Assembly: GCA_903916595.1 (NCBI GenBank)
Contig: CAIWXI010000055.1
Span: 7,870-71,869, forward strand
Source: an uncultured Bacteroidales bacterium
GTDB taxonomy: Bacteria; Bacteroidota; Bacteroidia; Bacteroidales; FEN-979
Direction: 5' to 3'
Length of the DNA stretch: 64,000 nucleotides
The translations under genes were made by a program, and so were the position numbers. Shown one piece after another: positions 46,900 through 57,098 of the stretch. How positions within the stretch are numbered: the stretch's first letter is position 1; every line of letters starts with the position of its first letter. Below the pieces are notes generated by a model. The model was not told where the DNA came from. It saw only the letters and a program-made list of their open reading frames with translations, and did no database searches.

Positions 46900-48138
46900 T
46901 CAGATTATGTTTTTAATCCATCCCAGCAACCAGGATTTCTGAACATCCCAGCAGAAATATTCTTCTGAGATACGTAGAGCAGTCTTTCTGGCGAACTCAA
47001 GTTTTTCATGATCTGATACGAGAAGGCTGATTTGTTTTGCAAGCTGTTCCGGGTTGTTCTGTGAATACAGAAATACCGATTCGGGCGCTTTGCCAGCCAC
47101 TTCTTTTTGTCCATCGGTATCAGAAGCAATCACAGCAATCCCGGCAAGCAGGTATTGCATGATCTTATTTACAATTGTGAGGTTACGGTTCACCGGTTCG
47201 TATAATTCAGAAGCCAGGCCAACATCGTGCTCCATGATGCGTGAAGTAAGTTCAAGGTGGGGAACCAGGTCATGAAAAATGAGTTTATGCCCTTTATTGT
47301 AAGGGAACACCCCTTCAAATTCCGCTTTGTAATTTCCGGTAAGAAGGCCCCTTAGATGCAATTCCACAGGATTGGGAACCAGAGCAAGTGCCTTTGCCAC
47401 GATTTCAAGTCCGCGGTCGGGGCCTATGGTCTGGGAATACCAATGTATTGAGAATACAGTGCTGCCTCCTTTATCTTTATTCAGATGATCATTTTGATTT
47501 CTTTCGGCCAGTGGGAAGACATTATTCAGGACCCGGGGCTTCTCCGATCCTGCGAATTCAGCAAGGGCGGATGAAAGGCTATGCGAGGTGGTATAGCACA
47601 GCAAGCCATGTTTCAGAGCATATTTCTCATATTTCTCAAACAACTTTGAAGGCCTTCGTTTGCCCGACTCGCCTGAAAATGCGTGAGAGTACCAGTCTTC
47701 AAAGTCGAAGGCAACTTTATATCCGGCTTCAATAAGTTTACAGCCCATGATGGTTGAGATCTCTTCATGGCAAATATACAGATCAGCGTTTTCGGCTTTC
47801 GCTCCGCGAAGGTTCTTGCAATATCCGTAACCGGCTGCTGAAATGGTCTCAATGTTAAACCGGCCTGCCAGTTCTTCAGCCAGGCGCTTGACCAGTCTGT
47901 GTTTAAGAATTGACCATCCTGACGCCTGTCCGGGGATCAGATTGATGATCCCTTTATAATTAATCTCACGGGTATTGATCAGCGTCTTGTCTTCCTTCAG
48001 TAATTTATCCAGTGCAAATGTGGTCAGAATGGTAACGTCATAACCTGCTTCATTGAGTGCATTGGCTTCCTTCACCACGCGGGGGTTTCGGCAGAGGTGA
48101 CTCTGAGTGAGGATGCATATACGTTTCTTTCCCGACAT
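46900..48138 (-). CDS. GT4-like glycosyltransferase
   Basis: KRICILTQSHL N-terminus and a C-terminal EPVNRNLTIVNKIMQYLLAGIAV region. Confidence 0.65.
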   Translation of the reverse strand: MSGKKRICILTQSHLCRNPRVVKEANALNEAGYDVTILTTFALDKLLKEDKTLINTREINYKGIINLIPGQASGWSILKHRLVKRLAEELAGRFNIETISAAGYGYCKNLRGAKAENADLYICHEEISTIMGCKLIEAGYKVAFDFEDWYSHAFSGESGKRRPSKLFEKYEKYALKHGLLCYTTSHSLSSALAEFAGSEKPRVLNNVFPLAERNQNDHLNKDKGGSTVFSIHWYSQTIGPDRGLEIVAKALALVPNPVELHLRGLLTGNYKAEFEGVFPYNKGHKLIFHDLVPHLELTSRIMEHDVGLASELYEPVNRNLTIVNKIMQYLLAGIAVIASDTDGQKEVAGKAPESVFLYSQNNPEQLAKQISLLVSDHEKLEFARKTALRISEEYFCWDVQKSWLLGWIKNII

Positions 48139-48142
48139 ATTG

Positions 48143-49123
48143 TTAAAGTTTGTGCAAATGATAGCTAAGCCAGCGGGCGGCTTTCCAGCCCAGAATGAAT
48201 TTTACAGTTTCAATGGTTTTTCCGCCAAAAACAGGGATCACCGGAGGCTGACCCTGGGCTTTGCATTTCTGCAGGGCCTCCTGGCAGATATCTTTAAAAG
48301 CAGGATATGCTTCGCCGGCCACCTGCATGTATTGATTGGCGATTGCCCGCCTCAGCCTTGGATTATCTCCTCTTTGCAGAACATAACTGCTTTTAAGATC
48401 CAGTGCCCTGAGTTTGCTCTTCAGGTTATCGGGCTTATGAGCCCTTGACGCGACATTGGAGCCGTAGACAAATTTTCGGTAATAATTAACTCCTCTGCAC
48501 ATCCTTATCCCCTTCCCTGCCAGCATTACACGAGTGAAGAATTCACCATCCTGATCCAGTAAGACAGATTCGTCCCAGGGGCCTGATTTTATGATCAATG
48601 AAGCCGGACTGAGCCACGCGCTGGTCTGGACCATCCATAGAATTCCATCGGCGCCCCAAAGCCGGGCGAGAAATTCAGGTATATCGGAGGTGTTGTACAA
48701 ATAGTGAGATTCGTTGGGTAAAGGCTCGGCATAAGGATCAGCGCCATCACGGAAATGAACTGTGGTGCATACTGCAAGATGATCGGGATATAGTTCAAGC
48801 TCTTTAACCTGTTCAGAAATTTTATCGGTACTCAGCAGATCGTCGGCATCGAGGAACTGAATGTACTTGCCTTTACTGAGTTTCAGACCTGTGTTCCGTG
48901 CCTGGCAGGCGCCACCGTTTTTTTGGGAAACGAGCGTGACTTTTTCAGGCACATATCTGCTGACGATTGAAATGGTATCATCAGATGAACCATCGTCGAC
49001 GACAAAAATTTCAATATTCGGGTATGATTGGTTAAATACAGAAACCAACGTGCTTTCAATATGCTTTGCAGAGTTGTATGCAGGGATCACTACAGATACC
49101 AGGGGTAATGTATTTTCAGCCAT
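48143..49123 (-). CDS. GT2 glycosyltransferase
   Basis: VSVVIPAYNSAKHI...VVDDGSSDDT...FLDADD. I moved the start to ATG 49123 (MAENTLPL). The track extension to 49285 overlaps the upstream acetyltransferase gene. Confidence 0.75.
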   Translation of the reverse strand: MAENTLPLVSVVIPAYNSAKHIESTLVSVFNQSYPNIEIFVVDDGSSDDTISIVSRYVPEKVTLVSQKNGGACQARNTGLKLSKGKYIQFLDADDLLSTDKISEQVKELELYPDHLAVCTTVHFRDGADPYAEPLPNESHYLYNTSDIPEFLARLWGADGILWMVQTSAWLSPASLIIKSGPWDESVLLDQDGEFFTRVMLAGKGIRMCRGVNYYRKFVYGSNVASRAHKPDNLKSKLRALDLKSSYVLQRGDNPRLRRAIANQYMQVAGEAYPAFKDICQEALQKCKAQGQPPVIPVFGGKTIETVKFILGWKAARWLSYHLHKL

Positions 49124-49895
49124 CGGGATGTGTCTTCTTGATAAATTTCGCGGGGATGCCTGCAAAGATTTCCCCGGCAGGAACCGATTTGGTAACAACG
49201 GAACCGGCAGCGACAACGGCATTCTTTCCAATAGAGACATCCGGCAGCAAGGTAACCCTTGCGCCGACCCAGGCGCCGTCTTCAATGATAATCTTCCCTG
49301 TTATTACCCCACCCTTCCATGCCGCATCAGGATTCGAAACATAGTCATGGTCATGAGTATATAAAATACAATCCGGGCCTACTGCAACCATTTTCCCTAT
49401 AATCACATCGTCGCTGGTGTCGATGATGGTGTTATCGCCTATGTTTGATCCTTCGCCCATGATGAACCTGCCGTCATAGCCCGGTTCACGGGGAAATATA
49501 TTGCAGTAGCTCGAAATGGAACTTCCGTTGCCCATCTCAACGCCTTTGCCATTGCGCAAAGTTGCATGAGTCAGCACAGAACATTTCTCTCCAAGTCTGA
49601 TCATGGTGTCTTTCCCTGCATGAATGTTGGTTTCAGAATGAATCCGTGAACCACCTCCGATGATCACCTGGCTGCCTGTTGAGAGTCCGATAGACACCCG
49701 TTTCATCAGTTCAGCCCTGTCGCCGATAGTAAGTTTGCCGCTTCCTTCAACCACTACAGGGAAAGTGATCTTAATCCCTTTCCCCAGTGTTGCCTGGGCC
49801 AGCCTGAGGTTCCAGAAAAAGAACCTTGACAGGCTCCTGCCGAGGTGCCCCAGGTAGGAAAGTTTTATCCTGATCAGGTTAAGAATGGTCTTCAT
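49116..49895 (-). CDS. hexapeptide-repeat (left-handed beta-helix) O-acetyltransferase
   Basis: Repeats IGDNTIIDTSDDVIIG and IEDGAWVGARVTLLPDVSIGKNAVVAAGSVV. Confidence 0.8.
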   Translation of the reverse strand: MKTILNLIRIKLSYLGHLGRSLSRFFFWNLRLAQATLGKGIKITFPVVVEGSGKLTIGDRAELMKRVSIGLSTGSQVIIGGGSRIHSETNIHAGKDTMIRLGEKCSVLTHATLRNGKGVEMGNGSSISSYCNIFPREPGYDGRFIMGEGSNIGDNTIIDTSDDVIIGKMVAVGPDCILYTHDHDYVSNPDAAWKGGVITGKIIIEDGAWVGARVTLLPDVSIGKNAVVAAGSVVTKSVPAGEIFAGIPAKFIKKTHPDG

Positions 49896-49898
49896 AGT

Positions 49899-50789
49899 TT
49901 AGAATTTTGGTTCTTTCCATGCAAGTTTGAACAGTTTCAGGTATGAGAAGCCAGTCTGCTTGCGTAACTCCTGCATGGTTTTGCGAGAATGGTTCTTGCC
50001 GACCCCAAGGATGTAACGAGCCTGGTTCCAGTGTATTTTACCGAGGGCTTTTTTACGGTCTTCAGGTGAGAGAGGACATTCGGCACGATTGATCATTTCT
50101 TCGGCGCACAGCAGGTATTTGAATGGAATAGTGAAATCGCTGCGGTTATCCTGCATTTCCTGTTCTTCATGTTCACGGTACCAAACTACGCCATGGGGCA
50201 TCAGCACTACAGGAAACCGGGCTGCAAGGATATGCCACATTTCAAAGTCCCCCAGGTAACGCCGGCCGGTAAATCCACCCACCGCGTCAAACGTATCCTT
50301 ACGGATGATTGCCGACAAGGGAGCCTTATGGAACAGCTGTTCTTTAAAATAGTGACGGTGATAAGCTTCAGCGGGTGTAAGCATGAAAGGGAAAATCCTG
50401 AATTTATCCTGCGGAAGAGATCCAAGGCCGAAGCCTGCGGTGGGAAATTTTTCCATTCCGCTTACCAGGACTTCAAGTCCGGTGGGGTAGATCAGGTCAT
50501 CGGCATCGACATATTTCAGGTATTTGCCCGTAGCAAGACTGGCAGCTTTATTCCGGTTAGGATAATCGCCGAGGTTTTTTTCGTTCAGGACTACCTTTAC
50601 CCGGGAGTCTTTGGTGGCAAAATCACGGGCAATGGCCAGGCTGCTGTCTTTTGACTGGTCATCGGCAATGATCAGTTCAAAATTCTCATAGGTTGAAGCA
50701 AGTACGCTCTCGACCGCCTGAGCGAGGTATTTCTCGCGGTTGTAGGTGGTCATAAGCACACTCACCAGTGGTTTCATATTCTGTGTCAT
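49899..50789 (-). CDS. GT2 glycosyltransferase
   Basis: VSVLMTTYNREKYL...IADDQSKDSS...YVDADD. Confidence 0.8.
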   Translation of the reverse strand: MTQNMKPLVSVLMTTYNREKYLAQAVESVLASTYENFELIIADDQSKDSSLAIARDFATKDSRVKVVLNEKNLGDYPNRNKAASLATGKYLKYVDADDLIYPTGLEVLVSGMEKFPTAGFGLGSLPQDKFRIFPFMLTPAEAYHRHYFKEQLFHKAPLSAIIRKDTFDAVGGFTGRRYLGDFEMWHILAARFPVVLMPHGVVWYREHEEQEMQDNRSDFTIPFKYLLCAEEMINRAECPLSPEDRKKALGKIHWNQARYILGVGKNHSRKTMQELRKQTGFSYLKLFKLAWKEPKF

Positions 50790-51781
50790 ACTCTGTTTTG
50801 TTTTATCCCGGCCTGGGAGCCCTGGGGAGGATAGCCCACAAAATATTTTTGTGAGGCTTCAACGCCATTCATCCCCCGGAAAAAGGCATTCAGAGAAAAA
50901 ATCAGGGCAGCCGACCATGCGGCTGTCACCAGGATCAAATTATATCGGATCCATTTGAGCTTTTCCTTAAAAGGAAGATTTTTCCTTACCAGCCTTACAA
51001 CGATCTGAGGAATCCAGGTCAGGGGGTTTTTCGGAAAATGGATGTAATCGTAGAATTTATAGTTCTGGTATAAAATGATGTAGGTGCGTTTAAAATAAAA
51101 ATTAAAATTCTGATGATGGTAATGGTACACCCTCGATCTGTAATCGTATACAATGGCATATCCTCGCGAAAGCGCATCTTTGGCCCAGAGGGTGTCTTCT
51201 GAAAACATCAGTTTTTTGAACGGCAGTTTTTCCTTGATAGATTTGCGATAGACTGCATTCACATCGTCCCAGTTGCAGTATTCATGCTGCTTTTTACCCG
51301 GCAGAGAAGTAAACGAAGAAGTATTCGTAAACTGTACCAGCCTGGGAACGGCTTCACTTACCGGCAGGAACCATTGCAGAGGGTTCTTGTCAGGATAGCA
51401 ACCAACGATCTGTTGTCCGCAAACTCCGGCCACCTCGGGGTTGTCGAAATGAGGCAGCATGAGTTCGATCCAGTTCGTGGTGGCAGGGGTGGCATCCTGC
51501 ACAGTGAGCACGACAAAGGTTCCCCGGGCCAGGCTGATACCCAGATTGCGGGTTTCTCCGTGATTGAATTCTTTGGAAGGCAGATTGTGAACTCTTACAG
51601 GATACCCTCTGAGCAGTTCCAAAGTACCATCGGTGGAACCTGAGTCAATGACGATCACCTCCAGTTTATCGGCAAGGGTTTGACTGAATATCCCGTCAAG
51701 ACAGGACTTCAGCGTATCGGCCCCGTTTTTCACAGGGATGACAACCGAAATCAAAGGATCGTTAACCGGGTTTGTTTCCAT
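50786..51781 (-). CDS. GT2 glycosyltransferase with C-terminal TM segment
   Basis: ISVVIPVKNGADTL...VIDSGSTDGT and a hydrophobic C-terminal segment LILVTAAWSAALIFSL. Confidence 0.75.
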   Translation of the reverse strand: METNPVNDPLISVVIPVKNGADTLKSCLDGIFSQTLADKLEVIVIDSGSTDGTLELLRGYPVRVHNLPSKEFNHGETRNLGISLARGTFVVLTVQDATPATTNWIELMLPHFDNPEVAGVCGQQIVGCYPDKNPLQWFLPVSEAVPRLVQFTNTSSFTSLPGKKQHEYCNWDDVNAVYRKSIKEKLPFKKLMFSEDTLWAKDALSRGYAIVYDYRSRVYHYHHQNFNFYFKRTYIILYQNYKFYDYIHFPKNPLTWIPQIVVRLVRKNLPFKEKLKWIRYNLILVTAAWSAALIFSLNAFFRGMNGVEASQKYFVGYPPQGSQAGIKQNRV

Positions 51782-51782
51782 T

Positions 51783-52805
51783 TCAGACTGCTTGAATATA
51801 TGGATGTTTGCCTATGTTTGAATCCTGTCGGTAAACTTTTGTAAACTGCCAGATCATCCTGTCGAGAGAGGATATTTTATTTAACCGTAAAAAGTAAAAA
51901 AGCTGGATCAGCAGAAGTTTCAGTGCGGTTCCTGTTGAAAAGATCCCTTTGCTGTATCCGAAACTGATCACCGACCGGCAGATTCCCGGATTAATTGCTT
52001 TGGCCGAACCGATTGCGATGTTTCCTCCCAGCAGCCTCAGGTCTTCTTTGATCTCAGGGGTCAATACTTTCAAAAGTGAAGCGGTATGGTTTATAAAAAT
52101 CTCCCTCCGGCTTTTCAGTTTTGCAGGGGAGCTTATCTCACCCTGGCTTACGCTTTGGGTTTCATGCTGGCGGTATAGAATATCGGGTTGCTCTTGGTAA
52201 AACTTCTTTCCTTTCAATCCTGAAGTAAGCGCTTTGAGGTGAAAATCCACATCCTGCCAGCAGGCGAGTCCTTCGGTAAAACCTCCGATCTTTTCAACAG
52301 CCTCTTTCCGCCATACAGGTCCTGAAGTCTGCCAGGGTGCATCAAGGATGAGGAAACGGTGAAGATCCTGTTTGCCGTTATCAACATTCCACAGAACATT
52401 TGCTTTTTGAGGATCCTTACGAAACATAAGTATAGGAAAGACCCAGAAATCATAATCCGGTTCTTTAAGGATTATCGCCGCCCGCTGCGAAAGCGCAAAT
52501 GGTTTCAGCAAGTCATCTGAATCTAAAAAAACAAGGAAATGGCCTTTTGCACGACCGATACCGATATTCCGGCACGCAGGTGCGCCGGAGGGCATGTGGT
52601 CACGCTTGTAAAAACTGATACGCCGGTCTTGCTGAATGAAGTTTGTTACAGTTTCCTCACTGTTATCATCCGAACCGTCATCGACTACAATGGCTTCCCA
52701 GTTCTGGTAATCCTGCGATACAAGTGATCCGAGTGTTTCCCCCAACAAATCTCCGCGATTGTAGTTAGGTATGATCACTGATATGTATGGGTTGTCTGGA
52801 GACAT
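51783..52805 (-). CDS. GT2 glycosyltransferase
   Basis: ISVIIPNYNRGDLL...VVDDGSDDNS...FLDSDD. Confidence 0.8.
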   Translation of the reverse strand: MSPDNPYISVIIPNYNRGDLLGETLGSLVSQDYQNWEAIVVDDGSDDNSEETVTNFIQQDRRISFYKRDHMPSGAPACRNIGIGRAKGHFLVFLDSDDLLKPFALSQRAAIILKEPDYDFWVFPILMFRKDPQKANVLWNVDNGKQDLHRFLILDAPWQTSGPVWRKEAVEKIGGFTEGLACWQDVDFHLKALTSGLKGKKFYQEQPDILYRQHETQSVSQGEISSPAKLKSRREIFINHTASLLKVLTPEIKEDLRLLGGNIAIGSAKAINPGICRSVISFGYSKGIFSTGTALKLLLIQLFYFLRLNKISSLDRMIWQFTKVYRQDSNIGKHPYIQAV

Positions 52806-52823
52806 TAGATCTGAGTCAATGGG

Positions 52824-53948
52824 TTAGGTGTTTTTAGGCCGGAAAAATGATTTCACAGCCACGCCGGTATTTACAAGCCGGTCTCCAAAAATGGGGAAAA
52901 GCAGCATCTTCCAGCTGCGAACATCTTTCCATCCATCACGCAGGATTTCGCCCCCGATTTTTCTTACCTGGGGCCAGTCCCTTGCATTTACAACCAATCC
53001 GTACATATAATCGAGGTCATCCCGAAAATGTTTACCGCCTGAAACGGGCGGAGTCTGTTTCTTCCCAACATCGGCCGGGGATGGAGCCTGAGGGGCCGGG
53101 GATGGAGCCTGAGAGGCCGGGGATGGAGCCTGAGGGGCCGGGGATGGAGCAAGCGGAGATTGAGGAGGAGCCACAGGTTCACCCCGCATGATCGGGTCGG
53201 TGCCGGTCTGCCGCCTCTGAACCGAATAATCAATGAGCAGCTGGCGGAAATGCTGGATCTTGCCGGCATGCCGCTGGGTCGCCGATGAACCATGCAGCCT
53301 CATAAAATAGGAACATTCATTCAACACAGCGATTTTGTACTTTTCAAGCAGCCGAAGCCAGAGATCGTTATCTTCCGAGACGGTAAATTCAGTTCTGTAT
53401 TTCCCCAGCTGTATTACTTCCGCCCTTCGGAAACAGGCGGTACCGTGAACTACGGGACTTGAGCTGCTGATGGTAAAATGACTGAATTCAAGATCAACCA
53501 CATCCCTCCCTTTAAAAAAACCAGCATTTGGCAAACGAAACCGCCGGGCAATTTTTCCGCTGGCGGTCATAAAAGCCTGCTGGCCGCAGACCATCACATA
53601 CTCAGGATGCTTCTCCAGGAAATCGATCTGAATCTGAAAGGAATCCGGGCTGGAGGTATCATCGGCGTCATGCCGCCTGATATACTTCCCGCGAGCGAGG
53701 TCCAGTCCGTTATTCAGGGATCGTGCAACACCCTGGTTTTTCTGGGATATGGCCACGATGCGCGGATCCAGGTAGGATTCGATAATGGACTGTGTGCCAT
53801 CGGTGGAGCCGTCGTTGACTATAATGAGTTCGAAGTCCCTGTAAGTCTGGGCCAGGATACTGTCGATAGCAGGTATGAGATATTCCATGCCGTTATAAAC
53901 CGGCATCAGAACACTCAGTGTTGGCAGGGATTCCATACTGCTGATCAT
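52824..53948 (-). CDS. GT2 glycosyltransferase with internal Pro/Ser/Ala tandem-repeat linker and extra C-terminal domain
   Basis: LSVLMPVYNGMEYL...VNDGSTDGT...RHDADD, followed by APSPAPQAPSPASQAPSPAPQAPSPA and an ~85-aa tail. Confidence 0.8.
   Translation of the reverse strand: MISSMESLPTLSVLMPVYNGMEYLIPAIDSILAQTYRDFELIIVNDGSTDGTQSIIESYLDPRIVAISQKNQGVARSLNNGLDLARGKYIRRHDADDTSSPDSFQIQIDFLEKHPEYVMVCGQQAFMTASGKIARRFRLPNAGFFKGRDVVDLEFSHFTISSSSPVVHGTACFRRAEVIQLGKYRTEFTVSEDNDLWLRLLEKYKIAVLNECSYFMRLHGSSATQRHAGKIQHFRQLLIDYSVQRRQTGTDPIMRGEPVAPPQSPLAPSPAPQAPSPASQAPSPAPQAPSPADVGKKQTPPVSGGKHFRDDLDYMYGLVVNARDWPQVRKIGGEILRDGWKDVRSWKMLLFPIFGDRLVNTGVAVKSFFRPKNT
53073..53150 (-). repeat. 21-bp in-frame tandem repeat, about 3.7 copies
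   Basis: The plus-strand unit ggccggggatggagcctgagg repeats at 53073, 53094, 53115 and 53136 (the last is partial), with one mismatch in copy 2. It encodes (APSPAPQ)n on the minus strand. Confidence 0.9.
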
Positions 53949-55201
53949 TTAAAGTTCCAGGTGGACTGCAGCACGGTTTTAGCTCTTTTATCGAACGGGA
54001 AAGGCCTTCCGATGAATTTATCACCCTGTTTGATTGTAAACCGTATGCAGTTCTCAATATAATCGAAGGTCCCGTATGAGTTCCCGAGCCATAGTGAAAT
54101 GTAATATGTCCCGGGTGAAAAGGAGATGTTCTTTACAGTTACCGATAAGCCGATGGTCTTGCCTTTTGTGATGTTTTTTATCTCAAACCCGTCGTCGGCA
54201 TTGGTAATATGGCCGATAAATTCGTTGGAGTCATTCCTGATATCAAGAGTCATATCGCAGATATCGATCTGTTCATTGGACCTGGCGTTAGCTGTAACCG
54301 AAAAATGATCCCCAAGGAACACTTCATCTATCGTTTTACCCGAAAGGTCCGACATCTTATAATCAAGAAATTCAATAACCCTGGTGCCGCTTCTGCGCAA
54401 CTCATTCTCATCGACCGACATTTGTTTGTAAGCCGAAGTGATATCATGCACTTTGCCTTCCATTTTAAGGGTGCCGTTCTGCATCAGTATGCCTTTAGTG
54501 CATAGCTGTTCAACGGCGGTAAGGTTATGGCTGACGAACAGGACAGTACGCCCGCTGCGTGAAACCGACTGCATTTTACCGATTGCTTTCTTCTGAAATT
54601 CAGCATCCCCCACAGCAAGGACCTCATCCACGATAAGGATCTCCGGTTCGAGGTGGGCGGCGACTGCAAAAGCCAGACGTACATACATCCCTGATGAATA
54701 TCGTTTTACCGGGGTATTCACATATTTTTTAACGCCCGAGAATTCTACAATCTCATCAAACTTTGAAGTGATCTCCTTTTTGGTCATCCCCAGGATGGCT
54801 CCGTTGAGATATATATTCTCTTTCCCTGTTAGTTCTGGATGAAATCCGGTACCTACTTCGAGTAAACTGGCGATCCTCCCTTTGATTTTAATATCTCCGG
54901 TTGTAGGGGATGTGACTCTCGACATAAGTTTCAAAAGGGTTGATTTTCCGGCCCCGTTTTTTCCTACTATTCCCAGGACTTCTCCATCGCAGATTTCGAG
55001 GTTCACATCCTGAAGGGCCCAAACATAACGGCCATCGACGGTATCGAGCTTGTTCGCAACCCCGACTTTCATGGCAGGATCATCCCGGCCTGCAATTTTT
55101 GCAAAAAAACGGTTCAGGTCATGACTTAAGGTCCCGGTACCAACATTTCCCAGCCTGTACTGTTTGGATACGTTTTCGAGTTTTATAACGACATTCTGCA
55201 T
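53945..55201 (-). CDS. wzt: polysaccharide/O-antigen ABC exporter ATPase with C-terminal extension (Wzt/TagH-like)
   Basis: Walker A GKNGAGKST, signature YSSGMYVRL and Walker B ILIVDE, with an extra ~170-aa C-terminal domain. Confidence 0.8.
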   Translation of the reverse strand: MQNVVIKLENVSKQYRLGNVGTGTLSHDLNRFFAKIAGRDDPAMKVGVANKLDTVDGRYVWALQDVNLEICDGEVLGIVGKNGAGKSTLLKLMSRVTSPTTGDIKIKGRIASLLEVGTGFHPELTGKENIYLNGAILGMTKKEITSKFDEIVEFSGVKKYVNTPVKRYSSGMYVRLAFAVAAHLEPEILIVDEVLAVGDAEFQKKAIGKMQSVSRSGRTVLFVSHNLTAVEQLCTKGILMQNGTLKMEGKVHDITSAYKQMSVDENELRRSGTRVIEFLDYKMSDLSGKTIDEVFLGDHFSVTANARSNEQIDICDMTLDIRNDSNEFIGHITNADDGFEIKNITKGKTIGLSVTVKNISFSPGTYYISLWLGNSYGTFDYIENCIRFTIKQGDKFIGRPFPFDKRAKTVLQSTWNFK

Positions 55202-55233
55202 TTTAAATGATTTTAGCTGAATGAACAGCTGTG

Positions 55234-56112
55234 TTAAACGGTGTCCATAAAGGTTTTCTCAACTTTATTAAAGATGATCACACCTACGATAAGAAGTACA
55301 ATAGTGAAGCAGAAGCTGTATAACAGATGCAGATAGTTAATCTGCCCAACACCAAGCAATGCTGTTTTAAAGGTTTCCACAACTGCTGTCATCGGATTGG
55401 CAAGCACGAAGATCCTGTATTTTTCAGGTATCCCCGATAAAGGGTAAATGATTGGAGTAGCATACATCCACAGCGTTACTCCGAAGGTCACAAGGTGGGT
55501 CAGGTCGCGGTATTTGGTGGTCAGCGAGGAGATAATAATGCCAAAACCCAGTCCTAGTCCGGCCATAAGTAACACAAGAAAAGGAATCCAAAGAACGAGA
55601 TAATTCGGACTCACATTGGACCCTTTTATCATAAAATAAGCCAGAAAAAATAAAAGGAATACAAACTGAATAACAAAACTCACCAGGTTCGAGATAACTA
55701 CCGAGATAGGTAAAGCCAGCCTGGGAAAGTACACCTTTCCGAAAATGGAAGCATTCTTGATAAATGTCTGGGAAGTTTCGTTCAGACAGGTTGAAAAATA
55801 GGTCCAGCCCACTATCCCCGTCATATAGAACAATATTTTGGGTATTCCATTAGTAGGGATTCCGGCAATATTCCCGAAGATGATTGTAAACATAATGGTG
55901 GTGAGCAAAGGCTGGATAATGAACCATAAGGGCCCCAGTATTGTTTGTTTGAATTTGGAGACAAAATCCCTCTTTACGAAAAGCATGATCAGGTCGCGGT
56001 ATTGCCACAGCTCTTTCAGGTTGATGTCGAGAAGACTGCGTTTTGGCCGAAGGATCATAGTCCATTCGTCGGGAAGTATGTTTGCCTGCTGTTGGTTGTT
56101 CATTGTGTTCAT
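55234..56112 (-). CDS. wzm: ABC-2 type polysaccharide exporter permease (Wzm-like)
   Basis: Six hydrophobic segments. It lies directly upstream of the ATPase gene and has the typical ~290-aa size. Confidence 0.8.
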   Translation of the reverse strand: MNTMNNQQQANILPDEWTMILRPKRSLLDINLKELWQYRDLIMLFVKRDFVSKFKQTILGPLWFIIQPLLTTIMFTIIFGNIAGIPTNGIPKILFYMTGIVGWTYFSTCLNETSQTFIKNASIFGKVYFPRLALPISVVISNLVSFVIQFVFLLFFLAYFMIKGSNVSPNYLVLWIPFLVLLMAGLGLGFGIIISSLTTKYRDLTHLVTFGVTLWMYATPIIYPLSGIPEKYRIFVLANPMTAVVETFKTALLGVGQINYLHLLYSFCFTIVLLIVGVIIFNKVEKTFMDTV

Positions 56113-57098
56113 AGTCTGATGCCTGAAAATTCCTTGCCATGTTTATTTATAAAATCCTCATAGGTGCCTGCAATTCCATCCCTCAGCTGGATTGTGGGAG
56201 TAAACCCCAGGGACGTTAGCCGGGAAACATCAAGAAGTTTGCGGTGCGTTCCGTCGGGTTTTGAATGATCGAAAACGAGTTCACCTTTGAACCCGACAAC
56301 TTCTTTAATAATACCGGCCAAATCCTTAATGCTGATGTCTTTCCCCCATCCGACATTAAAAAAGTCATTCCCTGTATAATTTTCCATCAGGAAGACAGAA
56401 GCTGCGGCAAGGTCATCGACATGCATAAATTCACGAAGAGGTGCTCCGCTTCCCCAGATATCGACATGCGATGATCCTGAGACCTTTGCTTCATGAAATT
56501 TCCTGATCAGCGCGGGAAGAACATGAGAATTCTGCAGATCGTAATTGTCATTGGGACCATAAAGATTGGTGGGCATGGCCGAAATATAATTTGTGCCATA
56601 CTGCAGGTTGTAGTTCTCACACATTTTCATCCCGGCGATCTTGGCGATAGCATAGGGTTCGTTGGTATATTCCAGGGGCCCGGTCAGAAGGTACTCTTCC
56701 TTAATGGGCTGAGGGCAATTTTTCGGGTAGATGCAGGAACTGCCCAAATACAGCAGCTTCTTCACCTGTGTCATGTGTGATGTGTGGATGATGTTGTTTT
56801 GTATCTGAAGGTTGTCGTACAAAAACTGAGCCCGGTATGTATTGTTTGCAACAATACCCCCGACTTTAGCCGCAGCATAAAATACGATATCCGGTTCTTC
56901 TTCCGTAAAAAGATAACCGGTAGCATGAGGGTCAAGAAAATCGACACGCCGGTAACGGACATTTGAATGCTTGTCAGGAACATTCCTGAAATATGTCCCT
57001 ATCAGGTTTGTAAACCCGTTCCTGATCAGGTTCCTCATGATGGCGCTTCCGACCATCCCTGCCGAACCGGCCACAAGGATTTTATCGCTCTTATTCAT
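56109..57098 (-). CDS. fcl: GDP-L-fucose synthase (GDP-4-keto-6-deoxymannose 3,5-epimerase/4-reductase)
   Basis: SDR fold GSAGMVGSA and YAIAKIAG (YxxxK). It overlaps the end of gmd by 8 nt. Confidence 0.85.
   Translation of the reverse strand: MNKSDKILVAGSAGMVGSAIMRNLIRNGFTNLIGTYFRNVPDKHSNVRYRRVDFLDPHATGYLFTEEEPDIVFYAAAKVGGIVANNTYRAQFLYDNLQIQNNIIHTSHMTQVKKLLYLGSSCIYPKNCPQPIKEEYLLTGPLEYTNEPYAIAKIAGMKMCENYNLQYGTNYISAMPTNLYGPNDNYDLQNSHVLPALIRKFHEAKVSGSSHVDIWGSGAPLREFMHVDDLAAASVFLMENYTGNDFFNVGWGKDISIKDLAGIIKEVVGFKGELVFDHSKPDGTHRKLLDVSRLTSLGFTPTIQLRDGIAGTYEDFINKHGKEFSGIRL

Noticed and set aside
49124-49285. 54-codon N-terminal extension of the GT2 gene at 48143
   Set aside because: It overlaps the 3' end of the hexapeptide acetyltransferase gene and encodes Pro/Leu/Ser/Arg-rich sequence. 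The conserved GT2 N-terminus begins right after Met at 49123.
53073-53150. Tandem repeat considered as a CRISPR-like or mobile-element repeat
   Set aside because: The units are directly adjacent with no spacers. They are in frame inside a long GT2 ORF and encode a Pro/Ser/Ala linker.
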